In this document: in pieces, positions 26,345-38,443 of the stretch | How the letters are laid out: every line of letters begins with the position of its first letter | Numbering within the stretch: position 1 is the first letter of the stretch | From: Flectonema sp. DT1601 | Taxonomy: Eukaryota | DNA length: 64,000 nucleotides | Direction of reading: 5' to 3' | NCBI GenBank assembly: GCA_964019425.1 | Contig: OZ025791.1 | Coordinates: 1,116,001-1,180,000, forward strand | Notes under the pieces: model-generated | What the model saw: the letters and a program-made list of their open reading frames with translations, nothing else | The model's database searches: none | What the model was told of the DNA's origin: nothing | Program-made: the position numbers and the translations under genes

Positions 26345-29300
26345 AGAACTTGTTTACTGATGAAAAGAAAAAAGTTTTTTCTTTTTTTTTTTTTTTTTTT
26401 TCCCCTTCTTTTTTTTGTCTTTCTTACGAAGGCAGCGGAGCATGATTAAGTTTACATAAATCATGGATTACGAATAATCTGCAAGGTGACTCTTAATTTA
26501 GTTAATATGAGGAAGGAAAAGGAAGGGTGAAAGGGAAAATAATACACCTGTAGATAAAACAAACTACTTTAATAATAACAAGGTAAAAAAAAAAAAAAAA
26601 CTGGGGGGTTGCAATGGTTAAGCAATAAAATAAACATATCCTGGAAGTTACGAGAAATTAACCCTGCGGAATATTTATTGCAAGAAGCGCGTTTTTTTTT
26701 TTACAAAAAAATTACTACAAAACATGAGCTTCAGCCAGGTAGGGGAAAAAACTGTCAATTTATTGTAAAATTGAAGAACAGTTTATACCCAGCTGCCAAG
26801 TCTCACAGGTAATAATAAAAAGAGGGAAAAAATGAAAAGGAGGAAATAAAGTTCAGTTTTTTTTTTTTTTTTTTTTTTTTGTGATCGGAAACCTCAGAAA
26901 AATAAGCTTATAAAACACACCATTTTTTGCGGACTTCGCACGAACTTGGGAAAGTGCGAAGTTAAGATGGCCATATGTGCTGCCAATTCATATTTCCCAC
27001 TGACAGTTAACTTGTTAGGCTCAAAAAAGGGGATGGGAGAAGGAAACGCGCGCTTCTACACACAAAGTACACAACATAACTAATTTCTTTTTTTCTTTTT
27101 TTTTTTGGGGAGGGGGTTTTTGTAAGTATGTTTTTTTACTTAGTGAGAGTTCAGCTGATTTCTTTTTTTTTTTTTTTTTTTCTTTGATTCTTTGTACATA
27201 AAGTCAACGGAATCCTTAATAAATTTTAAAAAAAAAACTACTGTTTGCTTTTCTTTTTTTTTATAATTCCATTTTTACTTTGACTAAAAGAAAAAAAAAT
27301 TTAAAACAGTAACCAATAAAAGAACATCACCAACGCCCTGACAAAGGCAATAGCGGCATTCCTAAGCACCCATCCCCAATAATGATTAAAAAAAATTAAA
27401 AAGACATAATAGCGACCGCTTTTTCGTTGTTGTTTTTTTTCCGTTTGATAGCTAAACTGGTGTAAAATCTGCAACGGTTAACACACGTTAGTTTAGGAGT
27501 AACACTCTCTTGTTTTTTTTTTTTTTTTGATAAGAAAAATACATCATATGTGGATAGTGTTCACCAATTCGCTGAAAAAACAATTAGCGGAACATAGTTT
27601 AGTCGCTTTTTATTTTTATTTTTATTTTTTTTTTTTTAAGAGAACGAAAAAAATTGGAGAAGGTCCGTCACGACCTCTTCGCTTTTAAATAACGAAAAAA
27701 TCAGAACAAAACTACGCAATTTAAAAAAAAAAAAAAAAAAAGAAACTCGTGGGGTGACAAATCTCGACGAAAAAAACTATGCAGTTTCGCCAAGCAAGGC
27801 TAATGTGAGGTACGAGGGGTGCTGAATTAAGCATCCCCTTTCCTTCTGAAACCTAATAATAATAACAACAACTGCATAATGTTAATTCGGAAACCCGTCA
27901 ATCGACCCACAAATCAAAGCCAGTAAAAATAAAATTCCTTTTTTTTTTTTTAATAACAAATGTGAGGGAGAGTTGGGAGGAAGAGTGGGATTTAATGAGT
28001 GACAAGCACCAGCACACAAAAAAAAAACAACAAAAACTCAGTTGAATTATCAAGGCAGAATGATAGTTGAGTTCGGAATGGTTGTTTCTGTTCATTTTTT
28101 TTTCTTTTTAAAAGTCGTAGAAAGTTTCACTACATTAGAAACCGTCATTTAAAAAAAAAAAAAAAAAATTAAACAAATAAACAAAAAGACGCTTAGCACT
28201 AATCCTTCATGCATGCGCTCAACTAAAATACGTTACCAGAGTTAATCTGGTTGTGTGATTTAGTGTAGCCTACCTGAAGAAATAATACCAAGGAAAAACT
28301 GAAGGATTGGGTTTTTTTTTTTTTTTTTTTTTATTCGTCCCTTTCCTTATTATGTTAGTAAATACTCACTCAGACGTGGCAGTAGTGAAGCAACACTTGA
28401 GATTGAACAAATAAATCCACAAAAATAAAAAATAAAATAAAAAAATGAGGGGAAAGGGGGAGAAGTCAGTTACTATAATTAATCTCAATAAAAACATTCA
28501 GCCTTATTCAATATCGACATCGTAACAGTGTTGTACTCGACCGTAGTCTTGTTTAACAATTAAGAACAAAGAATCACGTTGACAGGCTCATGGTACACCC
28601 GTTTGATATTACAAAACGTTTTTTTTTTTTTTTTTTTTTTTTTTTCTTTGAATACCTACTAACCAATTTCCTCTACGGGTTCAGGATTACCATCAGCAAT
28701 GAACAAAATATGAGACCCATCTGAATGGCTGTTATTTTTGATATTCGATGACCAGAAAGGAGAGTTATGTTGGAAAAAAAGGTTGGATTCCACTGCTCTA
28801 ATAACCTGAGGACAGCAACTTCCCGTTCGGCCCCTTACACGTTTTTGTGCACAAGCGAAAAAGCACTTTATTGTAGAGAAATCTGAAATGTGCCTAACAG
28901 CGGCTTGTTTTTTGATCAAAAAAAATAAAAGTGGTAAAGAGAGCAAAAAAGAAAATATAAAATAAATAAATAAGCAACACACTGAGGGCTGATTGTCACG
29001 ATTGCAAAAGAAATCTTTTGGGGAGGGGAAAATACGTGATGAAAAGGTACCTGATGAAGCTGCAAGAGATCTATGTAAGTTTAACAGCTTTAATTTACTT
29101 CCTTTTTTTCCATTGACGAAGTACAAAGTAGATACACTTTTTATTGAGCCATAAAAAGAAAAAAATAACAAAAAATGTAAAACGCGTTAGACGGTTGTTA
29201 TATATTAGTGCCTTCTGATGCAGAGTGCTTATTGGACAACTCACCATTTTCTCATATTATTATAGCGTAGTTACTAACAAGTTGAGTATAATGACGTGAG

Positions 29301-30130
29301 GAGTATTAAAAAAATAGTGTGGGGGTAGGGAACTGAGCGAGACATAAGGTGTAAAACGAAAACATGAGAAAGAAAGAATACGCTGTGGATTTATTCCTTT
29401 CACTGTCAACGTTTTCTTTAGTTTTTTTTAACCTATCACTGTTTATCACAGCCACTCATTCACTGAAGGGAGATACTACACGAAAGGACACTATACTATA
29501 AATTAAATATTTTATTCTCTCTACAGACTTATGGTCTGCTGAGTAAAAGTAACGCTAAACGGAAGTCTGAAACGTCTATCGAACTCACGAGGGTCGCCTT
29601 TGATGACCTTCTCATATGTAGTAGTAGACATTTAATAAATATCTATTCTCCAACAGATTAATTAAGACAGAACAATGTGAATGTGATCACATACCACTTG
29701 CAGGACTATTCCCGCAGTTAGCAGAGGGGATTTGTGAAGTGTGTGACACTCATGCTGGCAAGAAGAAAAAAAGAAAGAAAAAAAAAAAACAGATGCTTTT
29801 TTTTTTTTTTTTTTTTTTTGGAAGAAGTTTTTTGCAAGAAATTAATCGCAATCCTCTCTCTCAGGAGGTATTAATCATGGAGGATAGGAAAGAGGAAACG
29901 GAAAAAGTGATCTCTTCTTTCTGTGCTTTAAATTCGCAACAGCCTCTCTTAACTGAGAGGGGGGGTGAGCAGTTCTTCATGATCTCCAAATACTATCTGA
30001 GTACGGAGTCATATTCTGATAGTCGCCAGGACCACTTGCGATCTCCATCGTAAGCCGCTTCTGTAATATCGTCAAAGTGAGATTGACTTTCACTAATAAA
30101 TCATTGCTCTCTTACTAATAACAACAACAA

Positions 30131-31273
30131 CTACATCGAGAATTGTGTTGAAGAGAATAACGAAGTCAGAGCTTGAGATGAATCACAAGAACCTCCATCA
30201 CCAATACTGCTGTCGTCGTCATCAGATTTGGTAAGTCGGGTAGACTGCTGTGGCTTTGGAAGTGGAATTCTCACTCTCGGGTGAACTCTTTGAGGTATCG
30301 CATTCACTGGACTCGCCATAGGACGACCTCTTCCAGCCGGCCAAGCAACAGCATTGGCATCGGTAGGAGCGAGAGCCATGTGTGGTTCAAGCATTCCCGT
30401 TGATTCGTATCTATTGTAGTTACCTTTCGCTTGAGAGAATCGTTCACACTTTTGAGCCCATTCTGGATTGGTTTCAATAACTTCATCTGTCTTGTCGCAG
30501 TCAAATGAAGTCGGGTTTGGGTTGTGAGCGGACTTAACTAACCGTGAGAGTTCTCTTGCTGCTGTTCTAACAATCTTTTTACGAATTTGTTTCTCTCTCG
30601 TAATCATCGATGGGATGCCTTCTTCAACAGGTGTTGTCGGCTCGGGAACAACCTTCGCTACAGGTGGTTCAGCTACTGGTGCATCACGCCAATTGCCACA
30701 AGTCTTCCAGCTTTCCTTCTTTCCATTTGCCTCACCCATTGGTGAGGCTGGAGGTTGATTTACTTTTTCAGTTTTAATTGGCTGCATGGCTGGGTTTTGC
30801 TTTTCTCCATCCTTCGTCTTGTTTTTGTTCTTCTTGTTGCGGCTTCTCTTTGATTTCTTTTCCTTGTTATCGACAGAAGATAGTCCAACAGGTTGAATAA
30901 CTGGTTCATCAATAACAGAAGTAACTTTAGAAGCTTCTTGTCCAACTGGGTGAATCACAATGGGTTGCTGCTGTTGAAAGTGTTGTTGTGATAGCATGAC
31001 GAATTCACCAGTGGCTGTTTGGACAAATTGAGTTCCTTGCGGGACAACAAATGTCGGTGGCGCAAATTGCTGTGGTATGCTCATCACTGAAGGAGTCGCA
31101 ATCTGAGGAGTTGGGATCTGATGTTGCATTTTAGCATGATGCTCTTCAACAGCTGTGTCACTTCCCATGGAACGAAGCACACCAAAATCCCTCTCTCCAC
31201 TTTGTGGCTTTTTCTCAGTTTGCATTCTCCCCCACCACCTCGCTGAGTTGTCTGTGGCAGCAGCAGCGTCCAT
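30131..31273 (-). CDS. Hypothetical protein, 380 aa, Q/P-rich and largely disordered
   Basis: Long ORF with coding-like composition, A-rich ATG context and an upstream U-tract/AG. No family recognised. Confidence 0.75.
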   Translation of the reverse strand: MDAAAATDNSARWWGRMQTEKKPQSGERDFGVLRSMGSDTAVEEHHAKMQHQIPTPQIATPSVMSIPQQFAPPTFVVPQGTQFVQTATGEFVMLSQQHFQQQQPIVIHPVGQEASKVTSVIDEPVIQPVGLSSVDNKEKKSKRSRNKKNKNKTKDGEKQNPAMQPIKTEKVNQPPASPMGEANGKKESWKTCGNWRDAPVAEPPVAKVVPEPTTPVEEGIPSMITREKQIRKKIVRTAARELSRLVKSAHNPNPTSFDCDKTDEVIETNPEWAQKCERFSQAKGNYNRYESTGMLEPHMALAPTDANAVAWPAGRGRPMASPVNAIPQRVHPRVRIPLPKPQQSTRLTKSDDDDSSIGDGGSCDSSQALTSLFSSTQFSM

Positions 31274-31859
31274 TTTTGTAGTTGTTTTTGTTGTTTGATC
31301 ACCCGGTTCTATTTAAAAAAAAAAAAAGGAAATTTTCAATGCATTTTTCAACACACAAACAATTTGTTTAGTAAAATTTTAAAAAAAAGCTGAAATCTAG
31401 TACACAGCCAATAAGATTGAGAGAGAGAGAAAAAAAAAAAAAAAAGAAGAAGAAAGTCCATTACATTGCAATCGCTGATACAGCAAACCAAGTAGCATCG
31501 GATTACTCCACAGCGACTGATACTTGAGGACAACAACAATAAAATGTGGAAACATAAATTGTTTTTTTTGTTTTTTAAACGAATAAAAAATTTAAAAAAA
31601 AAAAAACGAAAAGCGCAACTGGTACTTCGACATACCCAACAACAAGGAGTAATCTCGTAACAATAATTCACCATAAAGGATACAAAAAAAATAAAAAATA
31701 AAATAAAAAACATGATAACGAAAAAAACGATAGCCGAAAAAAAAAAAGCCTACAGCAGTAGCTGGGCGTGTTTTTTTGTGCAAAACACTGAACTCCAAAC
31801 TAAATTATTTCAGAATGTGTTCTGATAACTTCAACAGTCTTGGATGTCACACTGCTCGA

Positions 31860-33383
31860 CTACACCGTGAGTGTCGCTGCTGTAGTGAGAAATGGTAACC
31901 TTACGAGGTTGGCATTATTATGTTTTAAAAAACTATTAGTCCTTTTAGTTTGATTGATAGGCGAAACAATCGATTCTCTCACAGTATTATGAGTCTCAGG
32001 ATTAATGTGATTCGTGCTGAACACGAGAGCACTCATTTGATGTTGAATCGATGCAATTGGAACGGCTGGGAGACGATTACCATGTTTCCTTCTCAACTTC
32101 TCTAACTGACTAGGAGGTTCTCTTGAGACTGCAGTTGATAAAGGAGAGATGATTTTATTTATGTGATCGTGATTAACTGTTGGGAGTATTCCGTGACGAA
32201 GTTTTGATGGGACTTTCTTCTTCTTACTTCGATTAATGGTGATAATCCTTTCTGCTACTTCCACAGCTGGAAGCCAATCAGACGAATCGATGCATGCTTT
32301 CTTTAGTAAGGCTCCATTAGAAGCAGTGCTTCGCTTCTCACAAACTCCTTTTAGAAAACCGTGACCAGACTTTCTGGATATCGCACACTCAGATTTGTGT
32401 AACAGGTCGAGTAGAAAAAGTGATTTTACTGAACCTCCCCTCTGTTTGTCTTGCCGACGTTTCCACCTATCGGGACAGGGCTTTCGTTCAAGAAGTGTTT
32501 TGTTTATTGTCGTGGATACAGATTCACTGCTTGATAGTCCATCGTCTTCAAATGGAATAAACGTTCCGTTCTTAAAACTGTTTTGATTTTCTATCGACGT
32601 TTCTGTTGCGGAATGCTGATGTGAATATAGCTTTCGGATTTGTTCTCTTTTTGCTTTTAAACGAGACTTATTCTTGCAAGCAACTGGAGAGGCGTAAACA
32701 GAACCCGGACTCCACTCTCTAACCTCCTCATCCCATTCGATGTCGTGTAGATTTGGAGGAGTTGCTTTTTTTATTTTAGCTTTGCGAACAGGAGAAAGGC
32801 GACGGGATTTTGAACCTCCTCCGCCACTATTTAATTTCATTTTAATGCAAAAAGTATTATCCAGATGACCACCAATAGCGTGCTCTGTAGGATTTGCGTA
32901 CGAACTAATAACGTGAACCGGTGAGGTATCTCGGACAGTCCGCGGTCGTCGTTTCTTTGTATTCGACGCCCCAGTTGCAGTAATGACTAGACTCGCCGCG
33001 GTTACTTTCTTCTTAGGAGGAGGAAGGTTTATGTTGCCTATCCATTTATTGTTGTCTAAGAAGCGTCTTATGGCAGTTCCTACATAACCCGCTGTGAGCG
33101 TCAGAACGGTTTCGAGGTCCGCCAAATCGTGATAGTTGACGTTCGATGAGATAATTTGTTTCATCTTTTCCGTGAAAGAGTGTCTACTGCTAACTCCTCC
33201 TTCAGAGTACTTCGCTACAGCATCACGTACTTTAGATAAGTTCGGGATTCGTCCACTCATGCCAACCATTAAAACCATAACTTCGAGTAACTGAACCTCA
33301 CTCAGCTGCTTTTCATTGTCAGGACTACCAGCTGTTAGAATCGACCATAATTCTGACAGACGAAGATCAACGATGGGATCCAT
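31860..33383 (-). CDS. Hypothetical basic protein, 507 aa, with a helical N-terminal domain (possibly degenerate EF-hand-like)
   Basis: Long ORF. ATG at 33383 is preceded by a U-rich tract and AAACAG. No family recognised with confidence. Confidence 0.75.
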   Translation of the reverse strand: MDPIVDLRLSELWSILTAGSPDNEKQLSEVQLLEVMVLMVGMSGRIPNLSKVRDAVAKYSEGGVSSRHSFTEKMKQIISSNVNYHDLADLETVLTLTAGYVGTAIRRFLDNNKWIGNINLPPPKKKVTAASLVITATGASNTKKRRPRTVRDTSPVHVISSYANPTEHAIGGHLDNTFCIKMKLNSGGGGSKSRRLSPVRKAKIKKATPPNLHDIEWDEEVREWSPGSVYASPVACKNKSRLKAKREQIRKLYSHQHSATETSIENQNSFKNGTFIPFEDDGLSSSESVSTTINKTLLERKPCPDRWKRRQDKQRGGSVKSLFLLDLLHKSECAISRKSGHGFLKGVCEKRSTASNGALLKKACIDSSDWLPAVEVAERIITINRSKKKKVPSKLRHGILPTVNHDHINKIISPLSTAVSREPPSQLEKLRRKHGNRLPAVPIASIQHQMSALVFSTNHINPETHNTVRESIVSPINQTKRTNSFLKHNNANLVRLPFLTTAATLTV

Positions 33384-34029
33384 CAAAGAGCTCTCCCTGT
33401 TTATAATAATTAAAGTAAATAACGAACTAATACAAATATAATATGTTGTAGTCAGACTCTTATCTGTTACATTTCTTATCTGTGGGAGGGGTTGAGGAAA
33501 CCATGAGACGATGTAGTCATCTCTTCTTTATTGCTCTACTAATCTATCAATACAATTATTAATTTGTTTGTGCACCAAATCGTAAACCGACTTAAAGCTA
33601 AAGGAGGTTTACGTGTGCTGCTAACATTCTTTCGTTCTTACAATATTCGTTAAATGCAAAAAAAAAAAAAAAAAAAATGGAGGAAAAACACAGAAGCATG
33701 ACATTACTTAACCGACACACCAAAGCAAAGCACTGCATTGAAGGGGGGCGGATGGAAAAAAAAAGGGGACGAGCAATCTATCAAAACACAATAGTAATAC
33801 AGATGATTGGATGATAGTTTCCGTATTCTGGTGAACACAACAAAGCGAATAGTTGAGCAGGTTGATCACAGATTTATATGGAGAGTCACTGCAGACAATT
33901 TTATGTTGCGTTTGAAGTTTTCCAACTTAATCATAATTCATGCAAGAAGCAGCTATGCTTAATACTGACCCAGTCAGACACTGAGTGCTGACGAATTCAT
34001 CATAACAGCGACGACAATCTCATCAGATA

Positions 34030-35334
34030 TTAAATTCTGGTGATTATTCGAGACTGTGAAGCTGCAGGAGATCTAGTTCTCACTGGTGTTGTACTTCTAC
34101 TACGAGACCTACTTCTGGCATTGCGAACACCAGATTCTCGAAGCAGTACATTATTTGTACCAATTGGTCTTCCAATATGTGAAGCGGGATGTTGCTGTCT
34201 GGGTTTGATGTCGGCTGTTTTTACAAAAGTTGTTCCGCCAGTTCCCTTTCGGCGGAGAGTAATTAAAATTGAATTCTGAGGATCTAAAGAGAAGACAGAT
34301 TTCTTAAAAGACGCTAAGCTGGTTATAGAACAATCGTTTACTTTTGTAATAATATCACCCTCACGGATTTGGGGAGCGGACGGACGGCGGGCGGTAACGA
34401 CGCGAACACCATCATACTTCAGTTCAGAACCAATGCGACCGACGTAGAGAGCGTCAGCGACTTCCAGTCCGAGCTTAGGACCACCATGACCTCCCTGAGA
34501 AATACCTCCTGTGGTAGTTGGAACTGATGGTCTACCGCGATTCAAAGCAGGTGAACTAGATCTCAACACTTGTCCAAGTTTATGTGAAGCTGTAGGGCTT
34601 TGACTGCGAGACCTCCTCGTGTAGGAAGGTGAGTTAGAAGTACTGCGAAGTGAACTTCCTCGTTTCTGTTTTGCAATATTTTGTAAATACTCTGACTCGC
34701 CTTCTAATTGATTCATTCTCTCGGTTAGTCCTGCGCTGATAGACTCTCTGTCGTTCTTTAATTTTGATATGGTCGCGTCCTTTGTTTCTAACCTTTTGCG
34801 TAACTTTCCGATTAGCTGTGCCGCCTCATTCAACTCAGACTCTAACCGTCCTATTCTAGACTCCAACATATCATCAGAATGTTGTTGTGTTCTTTGTTGA
34901 CGTTGACGGTCACGTTCTTCAGATAGACGTTGGTATCCATTTGGAAGAGGAGATGGTGGAATTGAATTCTTAATTGTGATCAATTCATTAGACATTCGAT
35001 CCATGTGTTCGCTCATTTGAATTCTTTGATGTTCGTTGTCTTGTAGCTGACCTTCAAGACGAGATATTATTTCCTGTAGCTGTCCACTACTGTTGTGATT
35101 ACTTTGATGATATTGTCTTATCGCTTGTCGCATTGTCGCTTCACTTTCAATTCGTTTTGCTTCTGCTTCTCTCACTTCTTCAGCAGCTCTGTGTCTTACA
35201 TCTGGGGATGGTTCACCATCTTGCTCGAGTTGCCACCAGTTTGCTATTGATCGTCTCTCTAGCTGTCCTACTCTGACGTGTATTTCAAACATCATATTCA
35301 AGTCTATCTCACCACTGCGACTGGGGCTTCCCAT
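34030..35334 (-). CDS. Coiled-coil protein with C-terminal PDZ-like domain, 434 aa
   Basis: Heptad-rich N-terminal half. GPKLGLEV..DGVRVV..IREGDIITKVND..ILITLRR fits a PDZ pattern. RS-rich tail. Confidence 0.75.
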   Translation of the reverse strand: MGSPSRSGEIDLNMMFEIHVRVGQLERRSIANWWQLEQDGEPSPDVRHRAAEEVREAEAKRIESEATMRQAIRQYHQSNHNSSGQLQEIISRLEGQLQDNEHQRIQMSEHMDRMSNELITIKNSIPPSPLPNGYQRLSEERDRQRQQRTQQHSDDMLESRIGRLESELNEAAQLIGKLRKRLETKDATISKLKNDRESISAGLTERMNQLEGESEYLQNIAKQKRGSSLRSTSNSPSYTRRSRSQSPTASHKLGQVLRSSSPALNRGRPSVPTTTGGISQGGHGGPKLGLEVADALYVGRIGSELKYDGVRVVTARRPSAPQIREGDIITKVNDCSITSLASFKKSVFSLDPQNSILITLRRKGTGGTTFVKTADIKPRQQHPASHIGRPIGTNNVLLRESGVRNARSRSRSRSTTPVRTRSPAASQSRIITRI

Positions 35335-36375
35335 TTTTAGTAAACTAATCTATTTGAGGACCCTTTTAGTTGATTAAAAGTCTTCACTTTCCTGCGATGA
35401 GATGTTTTTAAAAAGGAAACAAAAAAAAATTAATTTTTCATGCATACAGTTAAACATTACTTAAGTGTCTTCGTCTCTGTTCTTGTCCGGATGGAGAAAG
35501 AAGGAAAGGAAAAAAACTGGTGAGTATAAAAAAAATACTTTCCCTTTTTCTTTTTCTTTTTTTCTTTTTTTTTTTTTTTTTTTTTCCGTTAACGACACAA
35601 TAATGATATCACAAAAAGCAGAAGCAGGTTTCATTTAATCAAAGATGAAAAACAGAACTATCTGCCCCATGCTAAAGAAGTTGGCTTTATTTTTTTTTTT
35701 TTTTTTTTTGATTTGTGCACTGAAACCGTAATCCGAGTCAGAACTGTATGAGCTAGAAAGTTAGAAAGGACTAAGCTGTGCTTCCCCCAGTATCCCTTTA
35801 TTCTCATAACACAACTTTGGTTTAAAAAAAAATTATAAAAAAAAAAAAAACTCAAAAACAAAACAAGTAATTTGAGCAACAGATGCCTACCCAATATACA
35901 TGTTTCCTGAGTAACCTTTTACATAACCTGATTACTAAAGGAGGAGAATATTGAAGTATTGAAGAATTGGAGCCAGACAAAACAAACACTTTTTTATTAT
36001 TTTTTTCCTTCCACAAAAAATCTGGATTTTCGACGCGTGTGTTGCATGTAGGGATGCAAAATAAACTTGACTTGGATCACAAAATAATTCGTCTATGGAC
36101 TTGCCTTTAAGTTGCTTTTCTTGGAACTAAGAAACTGTCGGAAAATGAAGGGGGGGGAAAAGGGAAAACAAAGAGAAAAAAAAGGTGTTCTCCTCCGACG
36201 CCATTTGAACCAAAGCAATCACTGCTTTATTGTTATCGTGTGCTGGTACAGTTTTGTAAATATCGAGCTAACAGTCTCCATCGCTTCAAAACTCACTACA
36301 ACTTGTGGTTCACAGAGTAGTGCTAGAAAGTACAAGTAGTGACAACTCATAGGATATAATTCACGACACAGTTGT

Positions 36376-38443
36376 CTATTTCTTACATCCAACACGAAGA
36401 CGTGCAATAACAGCCTCTTGTCTCGCAAACACGCTGTAGAAGAAGTGTGCTGGAACGTAACTGATGGTTTTAATTTATTAATAATTGAAATGATGTAAAA
36501 AACAATAGAAATAACACATACAGAGCTTCACCAGCATGAAGTGTAACTTGTCTCCCACCACTATAACTAAGAGGGGAAGTAGATTTATCCCAAGCCAGAG
36601 GGATACTCCCAGTGAAGGAAGCACAATGAATTGCTGATGGAGGGAAAACTCTTATAATAATTGAACCCTCGAACACTGCAAACCAGCTCGATGTTTGCAC
36701 CGATCTCAAAGTGTACTCCGCTCTCTGAGGAAGCATTGCTACGCAGACTGCTCTGATATTGCAAATCTTGTTTATGAATGACCCCTCAAGTATTACTTCT
36801 GGTTCCAACAACATTGTATCCCTGACTATATTAGAGGACCCGTCTAAGTTTGCAACAAACTCAACTGATGTTTGAACCTCATGAAGAGGTTTAATTCCGT
36901 GATCAGCTCCAGATGACCAAACCAACTGACCTGACTTTGCTTTTTTAACTGCTTCCTTTTCTATTCCGAATAGCGTTGATGAACTGGTTAATTTCCTCCA
37001 ACGATCAGATTGGATGCCTGGGATATCTGGAACAGATGAATAAGGTAAACCTGTTTGTAATAATTTAACCAACACATCTGCTCCTTCAACCTGCAGTGTC
37101 ACCTGATTGAGATTAACTTCTTCCTTTGAATCCACTATCTGGACTGGAAGAGGTGATGAAGCTGTTGCAGCAGAGGAAACCTTTGATATTTGAGTCAACC
37201 ACTTCCTATATATGTCATCTGCATCACACCAAAACGAGAAAGGAGCTTCCAAGTGAGGACTTGAAATAGAAAATAAGAAGTTATTCCGCTCCTTCTTTTC
37301 TCCATCATACGGAACCACAATAGAACCACCCAGAGGAAGGGCGCTTAGTTTACCTCCTTTTTCTGAGCTATATGTTATGAAGCTTTCATGAACTGTTACG
37401 TATCTTCGCTTCCAATCACCGACCCAGTTAGTTCCTTCCTTGGTGATGAAATTACCTGAGAGGAGAGTCGATGCTTGATCAGCATCTTTTGTTTGATCAA
37501 TAGGTGGAGTAATAACAGGACAGTATACTTGAGTTAGTCTTGAGACGTGCTGAAGAAGGTCAGAATCTGATATGGTACCTCCTAGTTGTACAGTCGAGAG
37601 TGATAATAACGCAGCCCACTTATCCCTAATACTTGGGGTAAGGAACCCAATTAAACAATTGTTATCTTTTGTTGTTATCTTTAATGTGTAATGACATTGT
37701 GCTGATGTACTTTGAATAGTGTCAGATGAAGTGACTTCAGCATTCATAAGTGGGATTTCATCAACGTCTGCGGCACTGACAGAAGCACCGATAAATAATA
37801 CGCAGTCAGTTAAGCTTATTCGGCAACTCGAACTGCTCGTTGAAATCCATCCGGTTTTATGTAACCAGGCACTCTCACTGTGCTGTATATTAAAATCAGC
37901 AATAAATGAAGGAAGGCTAGCTGGTGGATTCCTTTTCATCGTTTTCTTCATTTCTGTTTTCCACCAAGGGTCGATATGCACACCTCGTGCGAGTGCACAA
38001 ACATTCCATTTCGCACTTTTTAAAGAAATACCTGAAGTGAGAGGTACAAAGTCTCCGTTGAGGGACATGTAAAACCTCTCACCAAAAGAACTTCCGTTAC
38101 ATCCATCACGTTTTTGAACAACAATAAGATATTGGTTTTCATTAATTGGTTGCATCCACACTATGAAAGTTTTATAATTTACGTGACAGACTGCATCCAT
38201 AAGCTCTGGTAATGCTAATGATTTCACATCTGAAACATGTGTTATGTGACTGGTAACTCCTCTAAATGTCATTGTTAGTACGCCGCTTGAATCTTTCTTT
38301 GTTACTATTGTTCCTGGATCGTTATTTCCCTGATCTGCTTTTGCTCTACTTTGACATATTTCAAGTAAACACCATTCACCTTCTGGTGGTTTCTCTCTTC
38401 CGTCTGGCCATGTGTTGGAACTCCCTCCCAGCCAGCCGAACAT
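36376..38443 (-). CDS. PH-PH-cupin/JmjC-like protein, 668 aa; exons 38443-36522 and 36460-36376
   Basis: Two PH patterns (SAWLHKTG..RDKWAALL and SGNFITKEG..WKRRYV..YRKWLTQI). Splicing a 61-nt intron gives VTLHAGEALYVPAHFFYSV, a JmjC/cupin-type C-terminal motif. Confidence 0.75.
36461..36521 (-). other. GT-AG intron, 61 nt
   Basis: GTATGT...TAAAACCATCAG. Removal completes the cupin motif. Confidence 0.8.

Noticed and set aside
29861..30048. Two small minus-strand ORFs (23 and 39 aa) overlapping at ATGA, possible uORFs
   Set aside because: Lengths are expected by chance, there is no homology cue, and the transcript context is unknown.
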